From positions 46,062 to 110,061 of the forward strand of contig JBAZRI010000002.1 of assembly GCA_041662965.1 (NCBI GenBank): DNA of 64,000 bases, given 5' to 3'. Position 1 is the first letter of the stretch. Each line of letters starts with the position of its first letter. Made by a program: the position numbers and the translations under genes. Positions 17,027 through 25,495 of the stretch are shown one piece after another. This stretch comes from Patescibacteria group bacterium. Lineage in GTDB: Bacteria > Patescibacteriota > Patescibacteriia > Patescibacteriales > GWC2-42-12. The notes below the pieces were generated by a model. That model worked only from the letters and a program-made list of their open reading frames with translations, ran no database searches and was not told where the DNA came from.

Positions 17027-18262
17027 TTAAAAAATCACGCTCTCCCCGGCCGCGTAGCCCGTGCTCCAGCAAATTTGCAAATTATAACCGCCGCTTGGCC
17101 CGTCTAAATCCAGTATTTCTCCGGCTAAAAATAAATTTTCATATAGCCGCGAGCGCATGGTTTTAGGATCAACTTCTTTAATATCAACTCCGCCGGCCGT
17201 AATCATGGCCTTATTAAAGCCTTTTAGCTCTTTAATTTCTAAAGAAAATTCTTTAAGCGCTTTTACCAAAGCTTGGCGTTCGGACTTAGTAATAATATTA
17301 ACTTGTTTTAAGGCATTAACGCCGGCTAGTTTAATAATAACGGGCGCTAATTTCGGCGGTACCAAGCCGGTTAAATAATTTTTAAACATTTTATTATGCG
17401 CTTGGTGAAAATCATTTTGCAGTTTTTTTTCTAATTCAGCCGATTCCATCTCCGGCTTAAAATCAATTCTTAAAAAAGTCGGGGCCGGCAGTATCGCGCC
17501 GATGCGCTCGCTTAAATCAATAATCGCCGGACCGCTTATGCCGTCGGCCGTAAAAATAATTTCTCCCATGCGGCTAATAATTTTTTTATTATTTTGATAA
17601 AGGCTGATTCTAATATCTTTTAAGCTTAAGCCTTCTAAATTTTTAACGATTGGTTCTTTTACTATTACCGGCGTTAAGGCCGGCCTAGGCGTAATAATTT
17701 TATGGCCTAATTTTTCCAGCCACTCGAAGCCCGAGCCTGTTGAACCGGTCTCGGCGTACGACTTGCCGCCGGTTGAAATGATAAAATTTTTACTTAAAAT
17801 TTCTTGGCCATTATTTAAAATAACGCTGGCAATTTTATTTTTAATAACTAAAATCTTTTTAACCTCGGCGCCAAATTTTATATCAATGCTGTTTTGCTTT
17901 AAATATTTAATTAGCGCGCTTCGCACATCAATCGCTTTATCGCTTAGCGGAAAAACACGGCCGCGGTCTTCTTCTTTTGTCGCCACGCCTAAATCGTTAA
18001 AAAACTTTATCGTATCTTCGGCGCCGAATTTATTAAACGCGGAAAATAAAAATTTATGATTTTTTCCATAAACGTTAATCATCTCTTTTTTATCGGCCAG
18101 TACATTAGTAATATTACAACGGCCATGCCCGGTCGCGAGCAGTTTAGCCCCGAGCTGATTATTTTTTTCGAGTAAAAGAACGCGCGCTCCCCGTTCGCCC
18201 GCGCGAGCGGCCGCCATCATGCCGGCCGGCCCGCCGCCGATTACTATTACATCATAAAGCAT
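17027..18262 (-). CDS. FAD-dependent oxidoreductase, HI0933/aminoacetone-oxidase-like family
   Basis: YDVIVIGGGPAGMMAA Rossmann dinucleotide motif; GRCNITN; C-terminal GGYNLQ. Confidence 0.8.
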   Translation of the reverse strand: MLYDVIVIGGGPAGMMAAARAGERGARVLLLEKNNQLGAKLLATGHGRCNITNVLADKKEMINVYGKNHKFLFSAFNKFGAEDTIKFFNDLGVATKEEDRGRVFPLSDKAIDVRSALIKYLKQNSIDIKFGAEVKKILVIKNKIASVILNNGQEILSKNFIISTGGKSYAETGSTGSGFEWLEKLGHKIITPRPALTPVIVKEPIVKNLEGLSLKDIRISLYQNNKKIISRMGEIIFTADGISGPAIIDLSERIGAILPAPTFLRIDFKPEMESAELEKKLQNDFHQAHNKMFKNYLTGLVPPKLAPVIIKLAGVNALKQVNIITKSERQALVKALKEFSLEIKELKGFNKAMITAGGVDIKEVDPKTMRSRLYENLFLAGEILDLDGPSGGYNLQICWSTGYAAGESVIF

Positions 18263-18264
18263 AA

Positions 18265-18567
18265 TTATTTTTTAGAAGAATATTTTTTAGCCCAAACTCT
18301 GTCAATATAAACCAAGCGCCACCAAACCCGGCCTAAGAGAAATCCGCCAACCGCGCCTAAAATTAAAAGTAAAATTGAGAGCGCGGGCGGTAAAGCGCAA
18401 TTGCCGTAAAAACGTACTGTTCTACCCTGGCTTAAAACAGAATTTAAATAATTAATTTCAATTACTGCATGAGCGATAAAACTTAAAAGCACGCCCAAAA
18501 TAGTGGCGGCGAATAAATAAATCGCTTTTTTAAAATTGGTTGGATTGCCTGGTGCGTTAAAAAACAT
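18265..18567 (-). CDS. small membrane protein, function unknown
   Basis: 100 aa, three hydrophobic helices. Confidence 0.4.
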   Translation of the reverse strand: MFFNAPGNPTNFKKAIYLFAATILGVLLSFIAHAVIEINYLNSVLSQGRTVRFYGNCALPPALSILLLILGAVGGFLLGRVWWRLVYIDRVWAKKYSSKK

Positions 18568-18643
18568 AATTTTATTTATTAAATTATATTATTATTTTAC
18601 CATTTTACTTGCTAAAACACAAAAAAAATTTTATATTAACATC

Positions 18644-19141
18644 ATGCAAACTCCAATTAGAAAACCTGGAAAATACACTCATCTAAAGCCTGATAGGCAT
18701 CTAACCGAGGTCAAATACAGCGAGCTTAAAAATAAGCTGGACCGGCTTAAATTTAACCGTCCGCGGCTGGCGGAAGAAGTTAAAAAATACGCTTCAGACG
18801 GCGATTTTTCGGAAAACGCGGCTTACCAAATCGCCAAAGGCCGTTTAAGAGGCATGAACCAAAAAATTTTAGAAATAGAAGATCATCTAAAACTCGCCGT
18901 AATAATTAAGCCTGTTAAAAATAGCGGCCTAGTCCAACTAGGCTCAAGCGTAACCGTTGCTACCGGCGGAAAAGAAAAAACCTATTTAATACTAGGGTCG
19001 TCGGAAACTAACCCGCAAAGCGGCATTATCTCGCGCAATTCTCCGATCGGCTCGGCCCTAATCGGCGGAAAACTCGGCGAGCAGATAAAAATAAAACTGG
19101 CCGATAGAGTAGTTGAATATAAAATTATAAAAATAGAATAG
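18644..19141 (+). CDS. greA: transcription elongation factor GreA
   Basis: Real start at ATG 18644 (MQTPIRKPGKYTHL). N-terminal coiled-coil with DGDFSENAAYQIAKGRL; C-terminal FKBP-like domain (VTVATGGKEKTYLILGSSE...ISRNSPIGSALIGGKLGE). The longer tracked ORF adds a spurious N-terminus. Confidence 0.8.
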   Translation: MQTPIRKPGKYTHLKPDRHLTEVKYSELKNKLDRLKFNRPRLAEEVKKYASDGDFSENAAYQIAKGRLRGMNQKILEIEDHLKLAVIIKPVKNSGLVQLGSSVTVATGGKEKTYLILGSSETNPQSGIISRNSPIGSALIGGKLGEQIKIKLADRVVEYKIIKIE

Positions 19142-19155
19142 CTTTAAAAAAAATA

Positions 19156-19186
19156 GACCTCGATTGGATAGATTCGAGGTCTTTTG
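19156..19186. terminator. rho-independent terminator between convergent genes
   Basis: gacctcga-ttggatagat-tcgaggtc + tttt. Confidence 0.6.
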
Positions 19187-19230
19187 GTTTTAATTTAGCA
19201 CATCGTCAGCTGTTTTTCTTTTTTAAATTG

Positions 19231-19791
19231 TTAAATGACTGACAGTGCGTCGGACAAAATCTTTTTGACTTTTTCCAAACAGGCGATAAAGTCAGCTTTT
19301 TTATTACTCGGGTTTAAACCAGTGCATGTGGCAATTACTTTTTGAATGGCCGTTTCCATTTTATTCTCCCTCATAAGAATGCTGTCCAACTCTGTTTTTG
19401 CAGAACTCCGCAGTTCAGCTTTCGATTTAACCATGGCTTCGCTTGCAACAACAAGATCATCATATCTTTTGAGTAGATCTAAAAACTTCTGACCATCGGC
19501 CTTTTTGTTCTCTTCGACCGTCTTGAGTTGATTCTCCAGATCAATCACCTGTTTTTCATAAATGAAAAGCTCGCCCAATGTTTTGTCTAATAACTCATGC
19601 ATGCCGGCCTGTAATGCAGCAACAGTCAACTCGGCAATAATTTGGCCGGGATTTTTCGTGTCGTCACGGATGGTGAAACGAATCTCCGGGATATCACCTA
19701 ATTCCCTTTTTAAAATTTCCTCAATTTTTTTCAGTCGTTTTCTGTTCTCGTCATCTTTCATCTTTTCATCTCCTCTCGTTAAACGTTGCAA
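19231..19791 (-). CDS. hypothetical coiled-coil protein
   Basis: 186 aa, helical and heptad-rich. Higher GC and different codon preference (gag/ctg/cag) than neighbours; bracketed by terminators on both sides. Confidence 0.5.
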   Translation of the reverse strand: MQRLTRGDEKMKDDENRKRLKKIEEILKRELGDIPEIRFTIRDDTKNPGQIIAELTVAALQAGMHELLDKTLGELFIYEKQVIDLENQLKTVEENKKADGQKFLDLLKRYDDLVVASEAMVKSKAELRSSAKTELDSILMRENKMETAIQKVIATCTGLNPSNKKADFIACLEKVKKILSDALSVI

Positions 19792-19882
19792 AAATTATAC
19801 TGCTCTTAAATAGCGACCTTTATAAAATGTACGATTTTTAAACTTCAATAAAAATTATCATAATAATTGTTTTATGTCAATA

Positions 19883-19919
19883 TAAAAAATCGCCCGGCAT
19901 TTTACCGAGCGATTTTTAT
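19883..19919. terminator. bidirectional rho-independent terminator
   Basis: atcgcccgg-catttta-ccgagcgat with A-run upstream and T-run downstream. Confidence 0.5.
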
Positions 19920-19936
19920 ATTATCCGTCTAATATT

Positions 19937-20458
19937 TTAATCGCAAAAGCCCGCGAGCATGTCGGCGGGAAACTGATAATCTAATTTAATGCTTTCGCAA
20001 TCAATACTGCCGTTGCCGTCATAAACCAACTCCCACATATTACCCTGCCTGGCCGCTAAAAATAATCCGCCTGCTCCCCCGGCCGGCAGGCCTTTGGCCG
20101 CGAAAGAAACTTTGCCGACCATATAGTCGGCGGATTTTTTTGTGGCCGTTACGGTAACGTCAGCCGCCGGCTTGTTATATTTCTGCGCCAGCCGATATTG
20201 GATTTCCTGCTCCGCGCCAGCGTAGCACGCTTCTTCCCAAATTCGCAAACATTTATTTTTAACTTCGCACCATTGATAGCCGGCCGGGCCGAGACAGCCA
20301 TGCTCGTCTTTATCCCCGCCAATCAGCGGCTCCGCGTTATTTTCTTCTTGTTGGGGCGGAATTACCGCCGGAGTTTCACTAGTGCGTTTTGTTTCTCTGG
20401 TACAGCCGGTAATCGCCAATAATGGCAAAAAAACAGTTAAAATTAATAATTTTTTCAT
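19937..20458 (-). CDS. secreted lipoprotein, function unknown
   Basis: Signal peptide plus lipobox LAITGC; Cys-rich mature part; GGAGG motif. Confidence 0.55.
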   Translation of the reverse strand: MKKLLILTVFLPLLAITGCTRETKRTSETPAVIPPQQEENNAEPLIGGDKDEHGCLGPAGYQWCEVKNKCLRIWEEACYAGAEQEIQYRLAQKYNKPAADVTVTATKKSADYMVGKVSFAAKGLPAGGAGGLFLAARQGNMWELVYDGNGSIDCESIKLDYQFPADMLAGFCD

Positions 20459-20662
20459 AATTTTAATATTTATTATTTATATATTAATATTAACATACGT
20501 AAACTTATTTGTTAATACGTATTTTTAAATATTTACTTAAATGTTAATTTAAATATTCTCCTGAATATTTTACTCTTTTCTAATTTTAGAGTAAAATAAA
20601 AATATTAATTCATATAATCTCGTCATTATCCAATTAACATTTCTAGGGGGGAGGATAATGCC

Positions 20663-20773
20663 ATGGAAAAAAGTTATTTTGAAGGCCCAAGGGTGCGAAA
20701 CGTTGTCCCAACAGGAAACAAATGCCCAGTATGCGAGAAAGGCGATGAAACTGAGTTCGAAGTGTTCGTTTGA
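20663..20773 (+). CDS. 36-aa small protein with single CPVC motif (below the ORF-track size cutoff)
   Basis: Strong RBS GGGGGGAGG 10 nt upstream of ATG; MEKSYFEGPRVRNVVPTGNKCPVCEKGDETEFEVFV; followed by a hairpin terminator. Confidence 0.35.
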   Translation: MEKSYFEGPRVRNVVPTGNKCPVCEKGDETEFEVFV

Positions 20774-20843
20774 GACCAATGGATAAAACGTTGCAGTTGC
20801 AACAACGATGATTGCATTGCCTAAAAACTAGGCGGCAAAACTT

Positions 20844-20884
20844 CCGGGGCGGTGTAGCCATGCTATCATCCGCCCCAATTTTTA
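20844..20884 (+). terminator. putative terminator after the small ORF
   Basis: ggggcgg ... ccgcccc stem followed by aattttta. Confidence 0.35.
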
Positions 20885-20926
20885 TAAAATAAAAACAACA
20901 CCTTTTTAAAAGTGCTGTTCCTTTTT

Positions 20927-21002
20927 TGGGGTAGGTACTGGGAATCGAACCCAGATTTCTTGCACCACAAGCAAGAGTTCTAGCCGTTGAACTATACCCA
21001 CC
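20927..21002 (-). tRNA. tRNA-His(GTG) with encoded G-1 and CCA
   Basis: G-GTGGGTATAGTTCAACGGCTAGAACTCTTGCTTGTGGTGCAAGAAATCTGGGTTCGATTCCCAGTACCTAC-C-CCA. Confidence 0.85.
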
Positions 21003-21013
21003 ATGATAATATC

Positions 21014-21487
21014 TTATTTTACTTTCACATTTTTATTATGAACCAAATAATGGCAATTGCGACACAGCCAAACTAAATTATTAATCTTATAATTTTTTCT
21101 ATTACAATCTTTATGATGTATAATTAGAACTCTTTTATCATCCAAGCCGCATAATTTACATTTTATTGGGATTTTACTCTCTTTCATAACGCGATAATAA
21201 GTGAATTCACCGCCTTGCCAATTTGAATGAAGTTTGCCAATATAATATTTATTTCTCCAAATAGTCTGGCATTTCTTGCTGCAAAAAAACTTCCCGCTCT
21301 TTGAAATTTTCAATGCCTTTGGCGTTTTCCATGTTTCCTGACCGCAAATTTCACAAAGAACATACTTACCTTTTCTTTGCCCTAAATATTTGCATTTTCT
21401 CGAACAGTATTTACCATAACCCAGTTTTAAATGGCTTGGTTTAATATAAAATTCTTTTTTACAAATTTTACATTTTGCTATAGGCAT
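21014..21487 (-). CDS. HNH endonuclease with N-terminal Cys-rich zinc-finger repeats
   Basis: C-terminal HHKDCNRKNYKINNLVWLCRNCHYLVH (HNH motif); five CxxC pairs upstream. Lies 11 bp from tRNA-His. Confidence 0.7.
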   Translation of the reverse strand: MPIAKCKICKKEFYIKPSHLKLGYGKYCSRKCKYLGQRKGKYVLCEICGQETWKTPKALKISKSGKFFCSKKCQTIWRNKYYIGKLHSNWQGGEFTYYRVMKESKIPIKCKLCGLDDKRVLIIHHKDCNRKNYKINNLVWLCRNCHYLVHNKNVKVK

Positions 21488-21550
21488 ATACCATTAATAA
21501 TATCAAAATTAACTCGCAATGTCAATGTACTGTCTTGTGGATTAAACTTA

Positions 21551-21580
21551 TGTCCTACCATTGTACTATAGCCAGCCACC
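21551..21580 (-). pseudogene. tRNA-like 5' fragment (acceptor plus D-arm only)
   Basis: GGTGGCTGGCTATAGTACAATGGTAGGAC resembles the 5' 30 nt of tRNA-Gly(GCC) at 2869 (TATAGTACAATGGT.AG.AC), but no anticodon or T arm follows. Confidence 0.3.
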
Positions 21581-21652
21581 ATGGTTTTTTTAAATAAAAG
21601 TTGCCTTGCGGCAACTTTTATAATATAACAGAATTTGCTAAAAAGTCAATGA

Positions 21653-22174
21653 TTACACCATCGCCGTTACTTTCTTTTCTTTATATAATAACGCCAAGCT
21701 AAACTCACAGGCGCCGACTAAAGCTCCGGTATAAAATAAATCGCCGAGCAGGCTGTTCCTAAAAAAAGGAACGGCCATATAATAACTTTGTAGCAATCCG
21801 GCCGCGGTCTGCGGATAAAGAGAGCCGAACGCCCAGACCGCTCCGTTTGTCATTAAATAAAATATCACACTGCCTAAAATCGTACCGCCTAAAACCGTGC
21901 TTAATTTTTTGTTCCGCCTGACTAATAGGCCGATTAAACCCATAACCGTGAAACTTGAATAAACCGACAGCATAATCGGCCAGCCGTAAAAACCGATGAA
22001 CAAATCGCTGAAAAACATGGCGGCTAAAGGCAGAATAAGCGCCCATTTCTTCGGAAGATATAATCCGGAAAAAATCGCGATTGCCCCGATTGGCGCGAAA
22101 TTAGCCGGGTGGGGTAAAAACCTGGCCGCGATGCCTAAAATAATTAAAACTAACGCTGGCAGATACTTTTTCAT
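21653..22174 (-). CDS. polytopic membrane protein, possibly ECF-transporter S-component-like
   Basis: 173 aa, 5-6 TM, no soluble domain; last gene of a three-gene minus-strand unit with DUF4430 proteins. Confidence 0.35.
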   Translation of the reverse strand: MKKYLPALVLIILGIAARFLPHPANFAPIGAIAIFSGLYLPKKWALILPLAAMFFSDLFIGFYGWPIMLSVYSSFTVMGLIGLLVRRNKKLSTVLGGTILGSVIFYLMTNGAVWAFGSLYPQTAAGLLQSYYMAVPFFRNSLLGDLFYTGALVGACEFSLALLYKEKKVTAMV

Positions 22175-22195
22175 AAAATTATATTTATAATTTAA

Positions 22196-24301
22196 TTATA
22201 GCAGAAGCAACAGCAATTTCAACCCTAAAAAAATTCCGGCGATAATAGCGCCTGCGCCGGCAACATATAATGCTTTTTTAGCCACGGCATTAATTTTTTC
22301 TTTAGCTGTTACTTTAACGATAACGCCATTATTTTGAGCCTGAGCCTGAATTACATTATTAATCGTAGTTGACGCGGTTTTATTTTCTGCCATCTCCTGG
22401 CCTGATTTCTTACTAGCTATATTATTCACGACAACAGTCGGCTTTAGCGAGGTTATTTTCGCGGACAGCACTTTCGGCGTAACTTGCTTTACCGGCTTAA
22501 CGGCAACGCTTATGGTTTTAACCGTTTCTGACCTGGCCTTTTCTTCGTTAGCTTCAGCCTGAAGCAAACTTTCCGTACTGCTGGCTGTAATTAAATCTTT
22601 AGGCGATGAGGTGGCTATATCTAACTTTTCTAAAGTTGAGGTGGCGATTTCATTTTCAACTACGTCAATATTATCAGCCGGCACTTCAGTCAGGCTCGGC
22701 GCGGCCAGTTTGGAAAAATTTTGCATAATATTAAGCCACGGCTTACCCTGCGCCGCCGGTATGGCGTAAGCGGTTGACCAGAGGCGATTAGCCTCATAGG
22801 CGTTTTCTTTTTCTAAACCGCCGTCAGCGCCCTGGCTTAAAGCTAAATAGCTTTCCGGCGTATTATTATTTTTTTGCCAGGCATCGCTAGATTCGCCTAA
22901 AGCCGCTAGAGCCTGCATAGCCCAAGCCGTGGCATAAGTGCTGCCAAAACCGCCGTCGGCGCCCTGGGCGTTCAATAAAAAATTTCTGGCTTTTTGCAAA
23001 GCCGGCGCAACGCCGCTTAAAGATGGCGCGGAGGCCAGAGCTTGTATGGCGGCGGCCGTTAAATCAGAACTGCCCCAGGAACCGTCGGCTTGCTGTTTAG
23101 CTATTATGAAATCCGCTGTTTTTTTTATTACTTCCTCGTCAGCCGCGTAACCGGCTTTGCTTAAAACCAACAGCGCGAAAATATCGTCATTATATAATGA
23201 AGCGTCGCCGAACTGCTGGCCGTCAAACAAATCAATTATTTTATTTATATAATTTGTTTTTACGCCGTTATAGGGATTGATATTTAAAGACATTAAAGCC
23301 ATGGCGCGGCGCGAATAATCCGACGCTAAATTCATGCCGGCTAACGGATCAGGGTCGGCCAATAAATAATTTTTAATTTTTTGCGCGGCCGAACCATTGG
23401 AGTTGGCCGAGGCTAGAGCTATAGCCGCCCAATCGGATTGCAAAACAGCGCCGAAAGAGCCGTCAGAGCCTTGTTTAGCGATTAAAAAATCTATGGCCTT
23501 GCCTAAATCAACCTTTAAAGGCGGAACAACCGCGGAACCGCCGCCGGACGCAGGCGGTAAAATTATGCCGCCGCCGCTTGGCTGGTCTTGATCTTGGCTA
23601 TTATTTTCTTCCTGTCTTGCCTGCGCCGTAATAGTAACTTCAGCGCTGTTAATATAACCGCTTTTTTTGCCATAAATTAAAATCGGCGCTGTCGTGGTAG
23701 CCGTATATTCATAAATTCCGCTTACATTTTCCAGCTCCTCGCCGCCGATCATTAAAGCGCTGGAAGCGGCTAAAGACCAAGCCGGATTCCAGCTGGCGTC
23801 TAAGCCAAACTGCTCCACCGTTATGGTAGAAGTGGCATTAACATAAGGCGAAGCATTATCCGTAGAAATTTTTAACGGATTGATATTATAGGTTAACAAT
23901 AATTCTTCGCCGTTAGCCAGCATGTGTTTGTTCAGCGCCGTTAAGCCATATTCCAAGTCACTAAACCAAGCCCAATAGACTCCGTTGCCCGCGTCATTAT
24001 TTACATAACCGCCAAGGGAATTTAAAAATATATCGTCGCCCCACCAGCCAAAGTCGCTTATTATCCCTGATTGCTCAACCGCGCACTTGGCATTAACCGA
24101 AGTAGTGCTGGCGCTAACGCTGTCGGCGCAAGCGATTACATCAATGCTTTGGTCATACAGGCTGGCGTCGTTGGTTTTTATTTGCAGCCTGATAGTCGTC
24201 GTGGCCGTATCGGCTTTAGCTATGTCAGTAAAAAACCAAAATGCTAACGCAAACGTAAAAATAAAATAACAAATTTTAAAAAGATTTTTCTTCATACTCA
24301 T
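22196..24301 (-). CDS. secreted, C-terminally membrane-anchored protein with DUF4430-like N-terminal domain and prenyltransferase/terpene-cyclase-like alpha-alpha repeats
   Basis: Signal peptide. DUF4430-like segment (GGYVNNDAGNGVYWAWF...GEELLLTY). Four or more repeats (AKQGSDGSFG, AKQQADGSWG, NAQGADGGFGSTYATAWAMQAL, QGADGGL). C-terminal TM LLLLL. Confidence 0.55.
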   Translation of the reverse strand: MSMKKNLFKICYFIFTFALAFWFFTDIAKADTATTTIRLQIKTNDASLYDQSIDVIACADSVSASTTSVNAKCAVEQSGIISDFGWWGDDIFLNSLGGYVNNDAGNGVYWAWFSDLEYGLTALNKHMLANGEELLLTYNINPLKISTDNASPYVNATSTITVEQFGLDASWNPAWSLAASSALMIGGEELENVSGIYEYTATTTAPILIYGKKSGYINSAEVTITAQARQEENNSQDQDQPSGGGIILPPASGGGSAVVPPLKVDLGKAIDFLIAKQGSDGSFGAVLQSDWAAIALASANSNGSAAQKIKNYLLADPDPLAGMNLASDYSRRAMALMSLNINPYNGVKTNYINKIIDLFDGQQFGDASLYNDDIFALLVLSKAGYAADEEVIKKTADFIIAKQQADGSWGSSDLTAAAIQALASAPSLSGVAPALQKARNFLLNAQGADGGFGSTYATAWAMQALAALGESSDAWQKNNNTPESYLALSQGADGGLEKENAYEANRLWSTAYAIPAAQGKPWLNIMQNFSKLAAPSLTEVPADNIDVVENEIATSTLEKLDIATSSPKDLITASSTESLLQAEANEEKARSETVKTISVAVKPVKQVTPKVLSAKITSLKPTVVVNNIASKKSGQEMAENKTASTTINNVIQAQAQNNGVIVKVTAKEKINAVAKKALYVAGAGAIIAGIFLGLKLLLLLL

Positions 24302-24307
24302 GCATCT

Positions 24308-24345
24308 GTCATCCCCGCGAAGGCGGGGATCCAGAAATATTTATA
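24308..24345 (+). repeat. TGTCAT-hairpin-GGATCCAGAAATATTT repeat unit
   Basis: tgtcatccccgcgaaggcggggatccagaaatattt; same family as 29944, 43678, 6012(rc). Confidence 0.55.
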
Positions 24346-24349
24346 TTAA

Positions 24350-24898
24350 TCAAAATGATTTATTTTCATACTTCCATTCTATCGTGTCATTATTTTTTAA
24401 TTCATAATTAGACACGCCGGTTTGCGCCGGCTGGCCATTAACATAATACAGCCAATTGGCTCCGGCCGGATTATTTTTCACGCCGTTAATTTCTTCCATA
24501 AAAAAACCCAAACCCGAATAATTTTTGCCGGAAAAATTGATTTTGTTTTCTTGATTTAATATATTCATTAAATCATAGACCGAACCGCCGAGCTTTACCG
24601 CGGCTTCATATTTTACTCCGCTGATTATCATTACTACTTTGATTTTTTCTTCGGTCGGCGCAATCACCGGCTTAGGCGCTTCGGTTTTTTCCGGCTTAAC
24701 AACTTCTTCCAAAGCGGTAGGCGCTACCTCGTCCGGTCCGGTCACTGCCGGTTCAGTTCTCTTCTCAACCGCGCCGGCCTGCTCATTTACGACCGGCTCG
24801 CCTTTTTCTTCAGTTAAAAAAATTACTAAACCGCTAGCTAAGGCTATCAGCAAAAATAAAATAAAAATTATCGCTAAATATTTAGTTCTCATAAACAA
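24350..24898 (-). CDS. membrane-anchored DUF4430 (transcobalamin-like fold) protein
   Basis: N-terminal TM and Pro/Glu linker; C-terminal NWLYYVNGQPAQTGVSNYELKNNDTIEWKY. Confidence 0.55.
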   Translation of the reverse strand: MFMRTKYLAIIFILFLLIALASGLVIFLTEEKGEPVVNEQAGAVEKRTEPAVTGPDEVAPTALEEVVKPEKTEAPKPVIAPTEEKIKVVMIISGVKYEAAVKLGGSVYDLMNILNQENKINFSGKNYSGLGFFMEEINGVKNNPAGANWLYYVNGQPAQTGVSNYELKNNDTIEWKYENKSF

Positions 24899-25109
24899 AA
24901 ACCCGCCTTTCGAGCGGGTATTATAAATTTAATAAAAAATTAAATCTATTTTCTTTGCTCGAAGAAAAATCGTGATATTAGCTGATTATCAGCATTCTGG
25001 CTTGTTCCACCATCACGGCGGACATTACAGCTGCGGCACAGCGCCTCGAATCGCACGAGGACTTTCCTGATATGATTAGTATAACTAATTACCTAAAAAA
25101 TTCAACTAG

Positions 25110-25181
25110 TACGCCCAGTTGGAATCGGACCAACATATCCAGCTTAGAAGGCTGGTGTTCTATCCATTGAACTATGGGCGC
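25110..25181 (-). tRNA. tRNA-Arg(TCT)
   Basis: GCGCCCATAGTTCAATGGATAGAACACCAGCCTTCTAAGCTGGATATGTTGGTCCGATTCCAACTGGGCGTA. Confidence 0.85.
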
Positions 25182-25380
25182 TCGATTTAGACTAAAATTT
25201 AATTAAACAAATATCTCTTACGCAAGCGTTTACTCTAGCCTGCTTGTCCCCGGAGCATAAGCGCAGGGGGAACTATGGGAGCATAAAATAACCATAAAAT
25301 AAAATTGCCAATTTTCAGCAATACCAAAATACTACCGATTTAAACATGATTTGTCAAAACAATAATTGATAATTATTATT

Positions 25381-25490
25381 GTTTACGATTTATTTATGAA
25401 ATTTTCGTGCGAGGACTGTTTGAGCCCCACGGCAGCGGGGCGAGTTCCGCAGTAGAAAATTTCATAAATAAATCGTAAACATTCATGCGG
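25381..25490. repeat. hairpin repeat family R-B, copy 2
   Basis: gtttacgatttatttatgAAATTTTCGTGCGAGGACTGTTTGAGC..GAGTTCCGCAGTAGAAAATTTcataaataaatcgtaaac. Confidence 0.65.
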
Positions 25491-25495
25491 CAATA

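Noticed and set aside
18536-18643. Upstream extension of the greA ORF (MVGLPGALKNIILFIKLYYYF...)
   Set aside because: The extension overlaps the preceding minus-strand gene and is hydrophobic junk. A proper GreA N-terminus begins at ATG 18644.
21536-21590. Possibility that the tRNA-like stretch upstream of the HNH gene is a complete tRNA
   Set aside because: After the acceptor/D-arm-like 30 nt there is no anticodon stem with complementarity and no GTTC-type T arm; treated as a fragment or pseudogene only.
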